A DNA stretch of 64,000 bases from Mobula birostris. Its lineage: Eukaryota. This document shows, piece after piece, positions 23,101 through 38,100 of the stretch. The notes beneath the pieces were generated by a model. That model did no database searches. It was not told the DNA's origin and was given only the letters and a program-made list of their open reading frames with translations. The position numbers were made by a program, and so were the translations under genes. The stretch covers positions 98,881,899-98,945,898 of the forward strand of contig NC_092380.1 in NCBI RefSeq assembly GCF_030028105.1. Direction: 5' to 3'. Position 1 is the first letter of the stretch. Every line of letters begins with the position of its first letter.

Positions 23101-26100
23101 ACAGACGTGGGTTTTAAGAATGAGAGGAGCTTGAAAAGAAACGTCAGTATAAAACCAGTACAACCGCTAAGGAAGCCGCCACTGTCAATATTATTGCTTT
23201 AAAGCAAATGTACAACAAAACTGGTTCCCAATTACAAGATCATTTATCAAACTGTGCTTTGAATGCCAGATATACTTCTCTATTAAGTTTATTAACCCAT
23301 CTTCTCTTGGAAGATAAGTGAAAAACAAACATGCAGGTATATAAACAACTTCAGGATATCAGAGTGTCAGAGACAATGAAGATTAATGTCTGATGCGTAA
23401 GTAATGACTATTGTATAGGTTGTTATGCAACAACCCAATTCTATACAGTAATGGTATAAGTGGATGGATAATCTGTTTATCCCAATATTCACTGTGGGAT
23501 GAACATTGACTGGGAAGTGTTCCCTTGGTCTTTTTAGCTTATTGCCACAGGAACATTTATCAAATTGTAAGTGATTCCATTGGATTAGCACACTGGTAAG
23601 ACTATATCTCGAACTCTGCCAAATAACAACTTCTAGGTAACTTTCATAGAATTCTGGTAGAAATAAGGGCTACTTGCTTTGCAGCACACATAGTTCTACT
23701 CCTAAAGATTGAAAAAAGACCCTATATAAATAAGTCATTAAAACAAAGTGTAATGTAAATGCCCATTGTAACTTGTATGTGGATTCCAAAAAACACTCAT
23801 TATCATGGTCATGTACCAACTAGACTATTACAAAACTTGCACACACCCTGATCCGATTATTTTTTCTAAATATCACCCAAAATACCTTTAGGTACTTGGC
23901 AATAATAATACATTTGTTTCAAAAGAGAATAAAAAACAAGTATCACTTTTCAGACAATAACAATTTAACAGCATACTAATCGTTACTGGTCATGTTCAAA
24001 ATTCCAGCTAATGAGTCCACCTGCAAAAGGCATTGCACTCACCTGTGAACTTCCTTCAGTTCAGGTATAATATATACAGTGGCATGCAAAAGTTTGGGCA
24101 CCCCTGGTCAAAATTTCTGTTACTGTGAATAGCTAAGTGAGTAAAAGATGACCTGATTTCCAAAAGGCATAAAGTTAAAGATACACATTTCTTTAATATT
24201 TTAAGCAAGATTACTTTTTTATTTCCATCTTTTACAGTTTCAAAATAACAAAATGGAAAAGGGCCCGAAGCAAAAGTTTGGGCACCCTGCATGGTCAGTA
24301 CTTAGTAACACCCCCTTTGGCAAGTATCACAGCTTGTAAACACTTTCTGTAGCCAGCTAAGAGTCTTTCAATTCTTGTTTGGGGGATTTTCACCCATTCT
24401 TCCTTGCAAAAGGCTTCTAGTTCTGTGAGATTCTTGGGCCGTCTTGCATGCACTGCTCTTTTGAGGTCTATCCACAGATTTTCGATGATGTTTAGGCCGG
24501 GGGACTGAGAGGGCCATGGCAAAACCTTCAGCTTGCGCCTCTTGAGGTAGTCCATTGTGGATTTTGAGGTGTGTTTAGGATCATTACCCTGTAGTAGAAG
24601 CCATCCTCTTTTCACCTTCAGCTTTTATACAGACGGTATGATGTTTGCTTCCAGAATTTTCTGGTATTTAATTGAATTCATTCTTCCCTCTACCAGTGAA
24701 ATGTTCCCCGTGCCACTGGCTGCAACACAAGCCCAAAGCATGATCGATCCACCCCCGTGCTTAACAGTTGGAAAGGGATTCTTCTCATGAAATTCTGCAC
24801 CCTTTCTTCTCCAAACATACCTTTGCTCATTGCGGCCAAAAAGTTCTATTTTAACTTCATCAGTCCACAGGACTTGTTTCCAAAATGCATCAGGTTTGTT
24901 TAGATGTTCCTTTGCAAACTTCTGATGCTGAATTTTGTGGTGAGGATGCAGGAAAAGTTTTCTTCTGATGACTCTTCCATGATGGTCATATTTGTGCAGG
25001 CCTCGTTACACAGTAGAACAGTGCACCACCACTCCAGAGTCTGCCAAATCTTCCAGAATGTCTTTTGCAGTCAAACGGGGGTTTTGATTTGCCTTTCTAG
25101 CAATCCTATGAGCAGTTCTCTCGGAAAGTTTTCTTGGTCTTCCAGACCTCAACTTGACCACCACCATTCCTGTTAACTGCCATTTCTTAATTACATTATG
25201 AACTGAGGAAACAGCTACCTGAAAACGCTTTGCTATCTTCTTATAACCTTCTCCGTGCTAGGCAGCTGCTTAGAGGAGCCCATGGCTGCTGATTGTTGGG
25301 ACAAGGTTTGAGGGGTCAGGGTATTTATAAAGTTTTGAAATTTTCATCACCTGGCCTTCCTAATGATGATTGTGAACAAGCCATAGCCCTAACAAGCTAA
25401 TTAGGGTCTGAGACCTTGACAAAAGTTATCTGAGGGCTCAAATCTTTTGGGGTGCCCAAACTTCTGCGTGGTGCTCTTTTCCTTTTATCCCACTCTAAAA
25501 TTGTACAAAACAAAAATAATATACTAACTTTACTTAAAATTTTGAAAAGAATGTTTCATCTTTAACTTTATGATTTTTGGAGACTCACTTAACTATTCAC
25601 AGGAACAGAAATTTTGACCGGGGTGCCCAAACTTTTGCATGCCACTGTATTCAGCCCAGAATATTGTGCTGAACCATCTAAATAGCAAATCAAAAAACAC
25701 CCAGACATTACCCACATCAAGTCCATATCCCTCCATCTTCCTCACATCCAACAGCCTATGCAAACATCTCTGAAAAGCCTCCGATGTATTTGCCTGTACC
25801 TCCATACCAGGCAGTTCGTGCCAGGCATCCATGACTCTCTGAGTAAAAAACTTACCCTTCACATCCCCCTTGAACCTACCCCACCTTCAATGCATGCCCT
25901 CTGGTATTAGACATTTCTACCCTGGGAAACAGATACTCTCTGACCACTCTGCCCATGCCTGTCATAGTCTTGTAAACCTCTATCAGATTCCAACCCCCCC
26001 ACCCCCAGCTTCCACTGCTCCAGAGAGAACAACCCAAGTTCGTCCAGCCTCTCTACCAGATCCCCCCTCAACCTACACAACTCCAGAGAAAATAACGCAA

Positions 26101-29100
26101 ATTTGTTCAGTCTCTCCTGATAGCACATGCCCTCTAAATCAGGCAACATCCTGGTAAACCTCTTCTGCACCCTCTCCAAAGAAACTAATTCTAACAAACT
26201 GAACGAGAATTTACACCGTGCCTTACTCAATACTTTATCAAAGCCTCACTATGTAGGAGGACAGTGCCTGGTGAGTACAAAGCCCCTTCGCAGCAATGCT
26301 CCATTATGTATGAGGCCTTCAGGAACAAAGGCAAAGTATGCTTCAACCCTCTAGTTAGCATTTAATACAGCGTGTGAACCTGGGGCCAGTGATAGGATTC
26401 ATCTGTGCAAAGCTTTTCATACAATTAATGCTGAAATGGTTGTTGCAACATGTGAAAGCCTATCACATGCACGCATAATCCAGAATAACAGTCTGCAAAT
26501 GGACCACAAGTGGAAGAAGTACCCATTCCCATTTATCCATTGGATTTTTCATAAAACTGTATCGCATAAATTCCACCTGCTGAAATTTCCATATCACTAT
26601 CACTTTTAAAAGAAGGGGGGAAATCTGTTAGAGGACGTCAGTGGGTTAAGCAGCATCGTTTGAGGGAAAGAAACTGTCAACATTTGGATCTTCCGGACTT
26701 GCCCTCCACAGGTGCTGCTTGACACCCTAACTTCCTTCAGTGTTTTTTCAGCTGCAAATTCTAAAAACTGCAGTCTCTTGTGTCCCCTAGAAGAAGAAAT
26801 TGCCTTGCCAATTATTGCATCAGCTCACTTCAGATTCAACTCTCTAATCCACTTGTAAGCCTGATGCCCATAACTCCTAAATCAAAAAATCTCTCTCCCT
26901 CAGCCTTGAGTATACTTATTGACAGCCTCCACAGCTCTTGAGGTTGAGAATTAACAAGACTCACAATTACCAGAGAAGAAAATCCTCCTCATCTTAAATG
27001 GGTGACACTTTTAGCTTCACATTATCCTGTCTAATTCTATATTTCAAACGTGCCAAGAGAAAACATCCTCACTCCACTTATCCTACTAAATCCTCTCAGA
27101 AACTTATGTTTCAATAAGATCACCTGTCTCCTTGCTATGATCTTTACTCTAGTCTCAATTTGTTCCACCTTTCCTCATATAACTCCTTCGTACCATGAAT
27201 TACTTAAAGTAAAACAAAACTCCTATGAAAGAACATATACAGGAAAGGAGCCTTCACCTCCTTCTAACCTGAATACAAGCAGCACATCTCAGGCAGTACC
27301 TACCAACAGTTCCCAGGCTGCAGAAGTCCTGGTGAGTGTGAATGCTGTCATCATACTGGACTTGCTTGATCACGAACTGTTCTAAAGGTCGAAGACAGCA
27401 GACGCCACCCAAGCTATCATATTACTTAATACCTGAGAGCATTGCATTCTTACTGGATGAAAGGAGTTCGGTGCAAGCGAGTTAAACACGTACAACAGCC
27501 TACACATAACTAACAGGTAAAGTGACATTGTGGGTGTAGTCCTGAGTTGTTATGCTTGCATGTGCAAAGCAAAATTAAATGCTGCTGGTGTAAGCTTCTG
27601 ACGTAATAACCTGTTTTTCCAAAACAGCTGCTAAGAATCATGAACCAAAGCGCCGAAGAACTACCTATTATGTTTCTGTAGATTTTAGCAAATTGTTAGC
27701 TCTTACAGCGCACTGTTACTGATTTTAAAATTATTGAATAAAGTAGCTTAATTCTTATCAAAGCATGTTAAATACCAGTTGTTGAAAGACAACTGCTCCC
27801 TGATTGTTCAGCATAAAACTAAAGTTGCTTTGTGAGACTCTGCCCACTCATCTTACTCAATAATACATGTTGCACAACACAGTAAACCAATAATTTATTA
27901 CTGGAAATAGTTAAGAAAATAATGTGGCTTCCTGAATTTGTGCTGAAAAGCATGCTTCCGCTTTCAAGTTATTATCATAACTTATTGCGACTTAATTATT
28001 GCTTCTGCCTCCAGTTTAATTAGCAGGGTATGTCCAATGATGAAAGTTGGTCTATAAACCAATTTAAATCCATACTTCCAAGTACAATTACATTTTTGGC
28101 ACATCATGATTTGGAAAAACAGACATTATCAAAATATTATTCACACATCTATAAAGCACAAAAATTAGTGCATCCAATTTCATGCTGAACAGCCACATAC
28201 TAGATTTTCATGCTGAACACACTACATACTGGATTCACCATGAAATGCTCTCACTCCAAAATCATATTGACAACAATAATGTTAAATTTTGGAGGAAGTA
28301 TACTTTATATCTATTATACAACACAAGTAATGCGACTTATGTGAACTTACTGTACTTATATTACGAACCTTATTGAACTCTGAAAAATGCAGAGGAAAAG
28401 ATAGAATTAAACTGGAGTCACTTACTGTTGAGTAAATGGAGGATGTGCTGGAGACCAGAGATAGAGATGATCCATGAACTGCAACAAGATTAATGGACCA
28501 AAAGAGAAAGAAAAACAGAAAAGTCAGGTCAGGCCAAGTCTTTGTGAAAAACATTTCATCCCAACAGCTCTTGTGTAATGAACCATCGTAGTTAATAATG
28601 TGCTTATCTTTCACTTAAGTGAACAGGAATATTTCTTGTCTGGCCTTTTCAATTGCAAATATGGACCTATGCAGAAGCAGAACCAACCGTGATTGGTAAT
28701 TGGTTTCTAAATGGTACGTGTATCGAGATACACTTTGCTTTGCATACTATCCATACAGATAATTTCAAATCATAAGTACATCAGGGTGGTACAAAGGAAA
28801 AGCAACACAGAATACAAAATATAGTGTTACAGGTGTAGAGAAGGTGCAGTGCAGGTAGCCATAAAGGTGGAAGGGCGATGATGAGGTAACATGTGAGGTC
28901 AAGAGTTCACCTTTACTGTACAAGAGTTCCATTTAAGTGTCCTATAAGACTGGGCAAAGCCAGGTAGTGTGCTTTCAAGCTTTTGTATCTCCTGCTTGAT
29001 GGAAGGAGGAAGAAGAGAGAATGTCTCGGGTGAGTGGGACCTTTAATTAAGTTGCTGCTTTCCTGAGGCAGTAAGAAGTGCAGATAAGAGTTTTTGAAGG

Positions 29101-32100
29101 GAAGGTTGGTTTTCGCGATGGATTGAGCTGTGTCCACAACTCTGCAATTTCTTGCAATCTTAGGCAGAGTGGAGGTTGCCATACCAAGCTGTAATGTATT
29201 CAGATAGGAAGTTTTCTATGAGCTATCAATAAAAATCGATTAGGTTCAATGGAGACATGCTAAATTTTCTTAACCTTCTGAAAGTAGAGATGCTGTTGAG
29301 CTTTCTTGACTTAATGCATCTACGTGATTGACTGGGACAAGCTACTGGTGAGGTTTATATCTAGAAAATTGAAGCTCTCAAACATCTCCGCATAATCTTG
29401 CAAATTATGAAGAAATATAAAAAAAAATGGCTGCAAGTTGCTCATAATGATCATCAAGGGCAAGAGATACAATTTGGTTGGGTGGAGGATAAAATAAGAA
29501 GAATCTCATAAGTGGGAATTGTAAAGAATGTAAACGAGACTGCAAGTGCCAAAATCTGGAACAAAGACAGAATGCTAGATCCAACAGCACTTATAATGTA
29601 AACTATCAATTCTTGCAGCAAAATTGAAGAGAATCGCTTTTGAACGATCATCTCAGCACAGAATGATATCCAAATATTGGTTAGCCAGATGCTCTTTTTA
29701 ACTCAGCTCCTTGGACTTTTCCGTTCTATCACTCCATCATTGGAGGCTGTGCCTTTAGCTGACAAAGTCCGTGTATGGTTATTCCATGTCCAGCCCCTCT
29801 ATCTGTAAATCTTACAGACAGCTTGCCAAAATGACTCTTTGCCTCTACAACAGGGGTCTACAGCCTGGGGTTCATGGACTCCTCAGTTAATGGTAGGGGT
29901 CCATGGCATACAAAAGTTTGGGGACTCCTGCTCTAGAATAATTGCAATTCAAAGCTTGCCTTTTTAAATAGAAGGTTTGCTTGCATCACATTGCTTCAAT
30001 TAAGTCCCTTGTCTATTCTACTTGAGCATAGGTCCCGGTATGTTTGCATCTGCTTGCTGATCAGTTATTAGCATTCTGGTAAAAGTATCTAGAAGCAGTA
30101 GTGATGTTGTGCATCATTAACTGAATTCCTGCAATGCATTCCTCCTGAGTAATTTACCATTGTTAACTAATTTTTTAAAAAATTGATAAGCAATATTTCC
30201 AAAGCTCAAGAAGCTAAATCAAAGGATTGCAGAGATGTAGACACTGGAAAGGTTCCAAACCTGTGTTGAGCTGGTGAACTTTGCAGGAAAGTGGTATTCA
30301 ACCTTAATACTTTAGGTATATTCAGGTTTAATATTACTGATATATGTCATGAAATGTGTTGTTTTGCAGCAACAGTATAATGCAATGCACAAAAAACCTA
30401 TCAATTAGAATTATATATGTATTTAAATAATCAAATTAATTAAGTAGTGCAAAAAAGAGAGGAACAATTTGTGAGGTAGCGTTCGTAGGTTAGTTCAATG
30501 TCTGTCGAAAGATGTGATGGAGAGGACGAGCCTGTCCCTAAAATGTTGAGTGTGCGTCTTCAGCCTCCCTGATTGTAGCAATGGGAAGAGGGCATGTCCT
30601 GGGTGAAGGGGGTCCGAAATAATGGATGCCGCTTTCTTGAGGCATCACCTTTTGAAGATGTCCTCAATGTTAGTGCTCATGATGGAGATGGCTGAGTTTG
30701 CCTTCTGCAGATTTTTCGAATCCTGCGCCGTAGTCCCTCTGTGCCAGGGACTGATGCAACCAGTTAGAATGCTCTCTATGGTACATCTGTAGAAATTTGC
30801 TCGAGTCTTTGGTGACGTACCAAGTCTCCTCAAACTCCTGATAAACCACAGCCGCTGTCTCAGTAACTGCATCACTATGTCGGGCTCAGGATAGATCTTC
30901 AGAGATATTAATACTTTGGAACGCGAAACTGTTTACCCTTTCTTCAATGGTGCACTTCAGAAGAATGATGGCTACATTTAAAAAGATTTTTGTTTTGAAG
31001 GGTCCTTTGAATAAATTCAAAGGGTTTTCCAGGAATAGTTCATTTTAGTTGTTTTGTTCCTGTTACATCACCAGACAGAATAATTTAAAAGAAAATTTCC
31101 CTCATTCCTTAGGAAGACTGCATTGTTTCATATTTGAGGTGACCTAACTGAGTAAGATTAAAGGAATGCTAATCAAGCCTACGTCAGTACAACAGGGTAA
31201 GGGAAGTTGGCTTACAATAAACATTGTGTCACGATAAGCACACTTTGAGATCAACCACATTTTTTGGAGCATGTTCAGTGAAGTATTTTTAACTTTGAGG
31301 TGGAAGAATAATAACCATCAAGCCATGAGTCACCTCAAACATGAAAGGAGCATAATAATGTGTATTGTTTTTTTTTGTTTTTATTTTACCTGGGCATCAT
31401 TCTCTTGTCCCATCAAGACAGGCGAACCACTTGGGTATTCTTTGGACTTCACAAGAATAAGGGGCCTTTAGAAGAATAAGGGATGACCTTATTAAAACAC
31501 AAAAGATCCTAGTGGTCATGATGGATTCTGATCAAGGTTTTTGATGTGAAATGTCCTCTCTCCCCCGCAGATGCTGGTCGACTCTCTGAATTCCTCCAAC
31601 AGGTTGATTGTTGTTCCGGAGTTCAGCACCTGCAATCTCTTCTGTCTCCATGATAGGGAAGATGTTGATATGATTTTATTAGCAAGAGAGTTTTGAACAA
31701 GGAGACATAGTTACAAGATTAGGGGCTCTTCATTTAAAATGATGCTGCGTAGAAATTTCCTTTCACAAAGGTTAGTGAATCTCTTAAGTTCTCTACCCCA
31801 GAGTGTTACGAAGGCTAGATTATTCAAAATATTTAAGGTGCAGGTTGATAAATTTTCAGAAGATTGTAGAATTGAGGGCAAAAGGAACAAGCATAGAAAG
31901 GCAATTTAGGTCACCATAGACCAGCCACGATCAGTGATTAGCAAGGCAGACTTGAGGGCCTTGGTGACCCACTCCTGCTCCTATTTTATTTGGTGTTCTT
32001 GTGTTCCGTGTCCCATGACCACGCATAATGGTAGCCAAAGCAAGCTACAGGCAAAACAGAACAAATCTGTTCTGTGGCCCGTGTTGTCACTCCATTCTCC

Positions 32101-35100
32101 ATTTGCTATAAAGCCGTGGGACTTAATAGTCACCCCAATGCCACTACTACTGACCTTTGAACCTTTGTACATCTCCAAATATAAATTAGTTGAAACTCAA
32201 TTTAGCCTAGATCAGAAAAAAAATTTGTACTTATTTTTGGCATTGTCACATCCTTCGGGAGATTCAACCAGTGAAGGAGAATTGTTATCTATCCTAAAAC
32301 TTTTCCTCTGGTGTAGAACTCCCCCAAATGATATCAACAATAGTGGAAAAGTCATAAATGATCTCTTCTATGATACTCATCATCACTAGTCTGAGAAATG
32401 ACAGCACTTAATCACTCACAGAACAACCAGCTTTTACTAACAGTGCCAATTAAATGGATTAGATGTTTGGCCTCACTGAGATCAACACCCTCAGACACTG
32501 GCACATGTGAGTCAGAAGAGCTTTGCCCGTGGCTTGTAGGATTATTCTAAATTCCTACTGATGACATCTGCCATATCTCAGTGCCTGGTGCTCGCTCCTC
32601 CATTAGGCAAGTCGCCCAAGCATTAGGCGCCATACTCAAGGACAGAAAACTTGACCTCATTTAGCCCTCAGGAGCAGCCACCGGAATTTCCTTGCATTGC
32701 GCGCTTTCTCCAATCTACATGTTCATACTCCTTGCAGAGAGTTCTCCTGCTACCTTCTGCCAGAGCACCAGGCTCTTGCCCTGCAAGGTCCCTGCGGCTC
32801 TGTTCCATGAAGAACATCTCTCCTTCCTGAGCACGTCTGGCTTCCCTTGACAACAAAGTGCATGATCTCATTCTTTTTTCCCCTCCCATTCGTGCAATGG
32901 CTATTCACTCCCCAGCAACACGCCAAGTTGCTGGAAGAGTTCCTCTTCTGTGGTGGGAGGTTCCTTTAAAGATTGGGTGCAATGTTACAGCTACATGGCT
33001 AAATGCTGTCCCTAATGAGAACTTGAAATAAATTGATAGACACCATGCACTAAGAGTGACAAAAATGCAAGGCGATCAAACAATGATGTTCTGAGAACCG
33101 CAACATTGAAGACATTGCAATTTGGAATTTTAAATTAATGCAATTTTTAAAAAGAGTGGCAGGAAATGTGCAAGGCCACGACAGTATTTAAGCTTCTAAC
33201 GTGTGAAATTAAACTACAACTGACAATAATAATACCTGTGCTTTGATCAGCCTGAATTATTCAGCCTGTGGATACTGTGAGAACATTACTGAGCCACCAC
33301 TGCTCACTTGGGGAATGATTGCAGGAAGTTAGTCAAAAGGAGAATCTTCAATAAGCTGGCACACTGCTTATCAGATGGTTGCTGAAAACGACTGGTGAAG
33401 CACTGCAATGTCAGTGTTGTAATTTTGTCAAATGAGATTCCCTTTAATAGCTGTAAATTAATTGTTTTATGAGAAGGAACAGTTGGTCAACATGTCAAAA
33501 TAAAACTTGCCCAGAAATTCAATTCCAAGATGGAATCTACTTCTTGGTATTTCACTGTCTGCTTTGATGTACCTGGGACAAATAAAGCAAATCTTTATTT
33601 CAGTTTTTCAACCATTATACAGCTGAAAAATTATTTTCTTCCAGAAGGTAGTAAACTGGATTGGACACTGGCTTTATGGGAGAAGCCACAGAGTGGTAGT
33701 AGATAGTTGCCTCTCTTACTGGAGGCCTGTCACTAGTGGTGTGCTGCAGGGATCGGTGCTGGGTCTATTGTTGTTTGTCATCTACATCAGCCATCTGGAT
33801 GGTAATGTGGAACAGCAAATTTGCAGATGACATCGAGATTGGAGGTGGAGTGGACAGCGAGGAACACTCTCTAAGCTTGCAGCAGGATCTGGACCAGCTG
33901 GAAGAGTGGGCTGAAAAATAGCAGATGGAATTTAATGCAGACAAGTGTGAGGTTTTGCACTTTGGTAGACCAACAAGGTTAGGTCCTGCACAGTGAACAG
34001 TAGGGCACTGAGGAGTGCGGTAGAAGAAAGGGAACTGGGAATAGGGGTCCATAATTCGTTGAAAGTGGCATCACAGGTAGATAGGGTCGTAAAGAAAACC
34101 TTTGGCACATTGGCCTTCATAAATCAAAGTATTGAGTACAGGATGCTATGTTGAAGTTGTATAAGACATTGGTGAGACCTAACTTGGGAGTATTGTGTAC
34201 AATTTTGGTCACCTACCTACAGGAAAGATGTAAATAAGGTTGAAAGAGTACAGAAAACAATTGCAAGGGTGTTTCCAGGACTGAATGACCTGAGTTATAA
34301 AGAAAGACTGAATAGGTTAGAACTTCATTCCTTGGAACATGGAAGATTTAATAGAGGTATACATGGGTATAGATAGGGTAAACACTAGCAAGCATTGTCT
34401 ACTGAGGTTGGGTGGAACTACAATCAGAGATCATGGGTTAAGGGTGAAAGGTGAAAAGTTTCATGGGAACATGAGGGAAACCTCTTCACTCAGAGGGCTG
34501 TGAGAATATGGAATGAGCTGCTGGTGCAAGTGGTGCATGAAAGCTCTATTTCAACGTTTAAGTGAAGTTTGGATGGTACATGGATGGTAGTTCACGGAGG
34601 GCTATGATCCTAGTGCGGGTTGATAGAAGTAAACAGTTTTAATGGTTCAGCATGGACTAGATGGGCTGAAGGGCCAGTTTCTGTGTTGTATGTTTTGTAT
34701 GACTCTGTGACAACATACAGTAACAAGCATTTCTGATTGTTACCCTACGCATTAGAAAATCCACCACACCTTCAGGCATGAGTCATGCATGCTTTCTGAC
34801 GTAGAGGATGACACCATTCCCTTGTGTCACCCTCTGGATTTGCACTAACCCCAACCACTTTACTTGATCTCATCCTAGAACAGTTTCGCAGGTTCAAGTA
34901 GCCATCCACAACACCAAGATTTCTCCCACCTACCATCCATCATTGCTGGAGACACAAGAGACTCAGCATGTTGGAAAGTGAATTCACCAGGTCGAGCAGC
35001 ACCTTTAAGGTCAAAAGAATGCTTGATGTTTCAAGTACAAAGTAGAAACCAATACACTATGATGCAGGGTTTTGACCTGAAATGTTGACCGCTCCTCTCC

Positions 35101-38100
35101 ATCACGTATGATCAGGCTCCTTTCACTGGAAATCAACTCTCCAGTCCTCATCCATCTCTCAGATCTAGACTCCTGAGACACAGTGGTCCAAATAAAATTC
35201 TAGCCACTGGCTATCCTGATCCCATTTTCCAGTCATAATGTGGATGACACACTGGGCATTGCCCTATCATTTTCAGTCTGGGTTCTCAGGCATAGCTGAA
35301 GTTTTCATCACCAGGTCATGATCCTCACGCTCCCTGTCCAAAAGTACAAAAACAATGTCTTCACAAAACAAGCTGCAGTAGATTAAGGCATCAGATCGTC
35401 AGTTTTCTCCCAAGGATAATTAAGGAGATACATCATGTCTTATTAAGAGATTTTTGGGTGGTGGGATGGAACTGCGTCTCTATCAAAGGAGGTGCAAGGC
35501 ACCTGCTTTGCCCCCAATCAGGGCCATGTGAAGCCAAGGAAGCAGGTGGTGGATGGTCGTATGAGCAGCCGGTGCATATCACAAGTCATGGTTCTGTGCC
35601 CACTGACACCAGACAGACAATCTCTGAAGAGTATTGATAATGGCTTAGGTCACTTGTCTTGTAAAAACACCGCCCAGAAGAAGGCAATAGCTAATTACTT
35701 CTGTAGAAAAATTTGCTAAGAGCAATCATGGTCATGAGACCATGATCACCTATGTTAGGAGAATTTGCCATCAATACTTTCATATTATATATATGCAACC
35801 AGGTGACCGTTGAATACATTTTTTATTGTTAAAAGTGCACTTATATATTCACCTTGGTAATGCTAAAATAGCTGTCTGTGCCTTTAAGAGAAAACAATGA
35901 TGTTATTTTGCATTGGTGGAGTAGAACGAAGAGTTGCCATGTTCTAGAAAGGACGACGTTCGAATGCGTTTCCCGGGTTTGGTGAGGAAAGATATTTGCA
36001 AGTACAATTGATCGAATAGCGTGATATCGGCCTACTAGCGTGAGGGAGAACTCATTTCAAGGTCTAGCCTAAATGTGTTTGAAAATTAAGCACATGCGTG
36101 TCAAATAATTGCCACTATCATATTGGTTTTGTATATTTTGTTTTTGTTATTTTCATACTGCATCCGTAAAAAGGGTGTGGTCTGAAGTTAAGCTGAGATT
36201 GTAACAGTGGGAACTTTTTAAAAAAATTTATTTTGTCATTTTTATTTTGATACCCTCTTTCTGAAAAACATCTAAAATAGATAAAGGAATTTAAGACCTG
36301 AAAAAGTATTTGTTGTCCTGCGTGTGTATTTTTCCCCAGGCTACAAAATATAGAGAAAGGAAGAAAGTAAAATACTGAGAAATTCAAATAGAACTTTACC
36401 AACTCAGAATTTCCCCAGCTCTCCATCGTGTTATTAAAGCAAGCCAGGGTACCTGCCCCAGGTCATTTCTGGCTCTTACCAATCCAGCTGCTCAGACAGG
36501 AGAAGTCTCAGCCTGAGGACAGCATGTCTTCACATACATAAATCTTTGAGTGAGGTATGTCAGGGTACTTGCAATGTTTTCACAGGTCACAAGTCGACAG
36601 CAGGTAGGTCTTTAAAACATCCTGCAGTTCTTTCTTTTCTGCTGGCCTAAATATTCACTATTTATTACACTTAAACTGATGAATTGAATTTGAAATGAAT
36701 ATCAATGTACACCACCATGTTCAGGAACAGTTATTACGCTTCAACCAGCAGGTTCTGAACCAACATGGAAAACCTCACTCACAACACTGAACTAATTCTA
36801 CAACTTATAGACTCACTTTCAAGGACTCTGCAACTCGTTATCAGTTTGTTTGTTTATCAATCTATTCATCTTTTTCAAATTTTCACAAGTTATCTTCGTT
36901 TGCACATTGGTTGTTTATTTTTAGTTTATCATAAATTATATTGCAATTCTTTATTTTCCCGTGCAAGCCTGCAAGAAAATGGGATCTCAAGGTTGTATGT
37001 GGTGACCTGTACGTACTTTGATAATAAACTTACTTTGAATTTGTTATTCCAAAAAAACGCTTTCACTGACCATACTCACTGATAAAAACATCCATTGTTT
37101 TGAAATGCCAGCTTTCCTTAGTATGAAATACATTGCAATAGTTGCTAACCTTCCTCGAATCCATCCCGGAATGATCCAGAGCGGCTCATTGTCCTGTGCT
37201 TCTCATCCAATGACATGGAACTGTTCCGAAATCTGGAATCGCTGTACGGATCATGTGACCCATCCTGATTGGATACGCTGTGACATCGTAGCATGCTGGG
37301 GTTGGAGAGGCTCATTTGGGCAGCAGTGGTTGGACTCGCTGTTGATAAGAAAAGTCTATTTATGACACTGACCAACAGTAAAACGTTAACACTGTACTCT
37401 ATTATGTAAAATCTCCTCTCAAAAATATGCAATGAGTGTGGAATATATCCCACTGGAATTACTGTTTTAATTTTGAGGTGTGTTTAAAATGGATATATTA
37501 CGAGCCTCAACATCTTGGCTTCTGTCTCCTCACAGTGCTCTTTCATTCCTTACAAGGAAACCACTACACCCAGTGAACGCCCACGTAGATCCAGGGAGAA
37601 TGTGCAAAGTCCACAGACAGTGGGGGCCATGCTTTCTTCTTGTTGCTGCCGTTGGGAAGGAGGTAAAGGAGCCTTAGGGATCACACCACCATATTCGAGA
37701 ACAGTTATTATCCTTCAACCATCTGGCTCCTGAACCAGCGAAGATAATTTCATTCACCTCAACTCAGAACTGATTCCACAAATATGGACACACTTTCAAG
37801 GGCTCTACAATTCGTGTTCTTAACATTGTTTATTTATTTGCATAGTTTGTTTTCTTTTACACATTGGTTGTTTGTCTGGCTTAGTTTGTGGGTAGTTTTT
37901 CATTGACTCTATTGTATTTCCCTGTCGTACTCAGAATGCCTGTAAGAAAAGGTGACATATATGTACTTGGAGAATAAATTTACTTTGATCCCTGGTCTCT
38001 GGCACTGTGAGGCCACAGAGGGCAGTATAGTGGCAAGACAAGTAGAGTTAATGCCTCAGAGTGACAGAGACCTGGGTTCAAACCTGATGCCTGGCTCTGT

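Noticed and set aside
22850-23125. Possible L2 LINE fragment (LPFLS motif)
   Set aside because: Too degraded to call with confidence.
36118-36426. ORF starting MESWGNS, reminiscent of an alternative NAV2 exon (ESW..) that I recall at this position in human
   Set aside because: No AG acceptor in the required phase 1 (sequence is ATGG|AGAGCTGG), no phase-1 donor found, and the similarity is only three residues.
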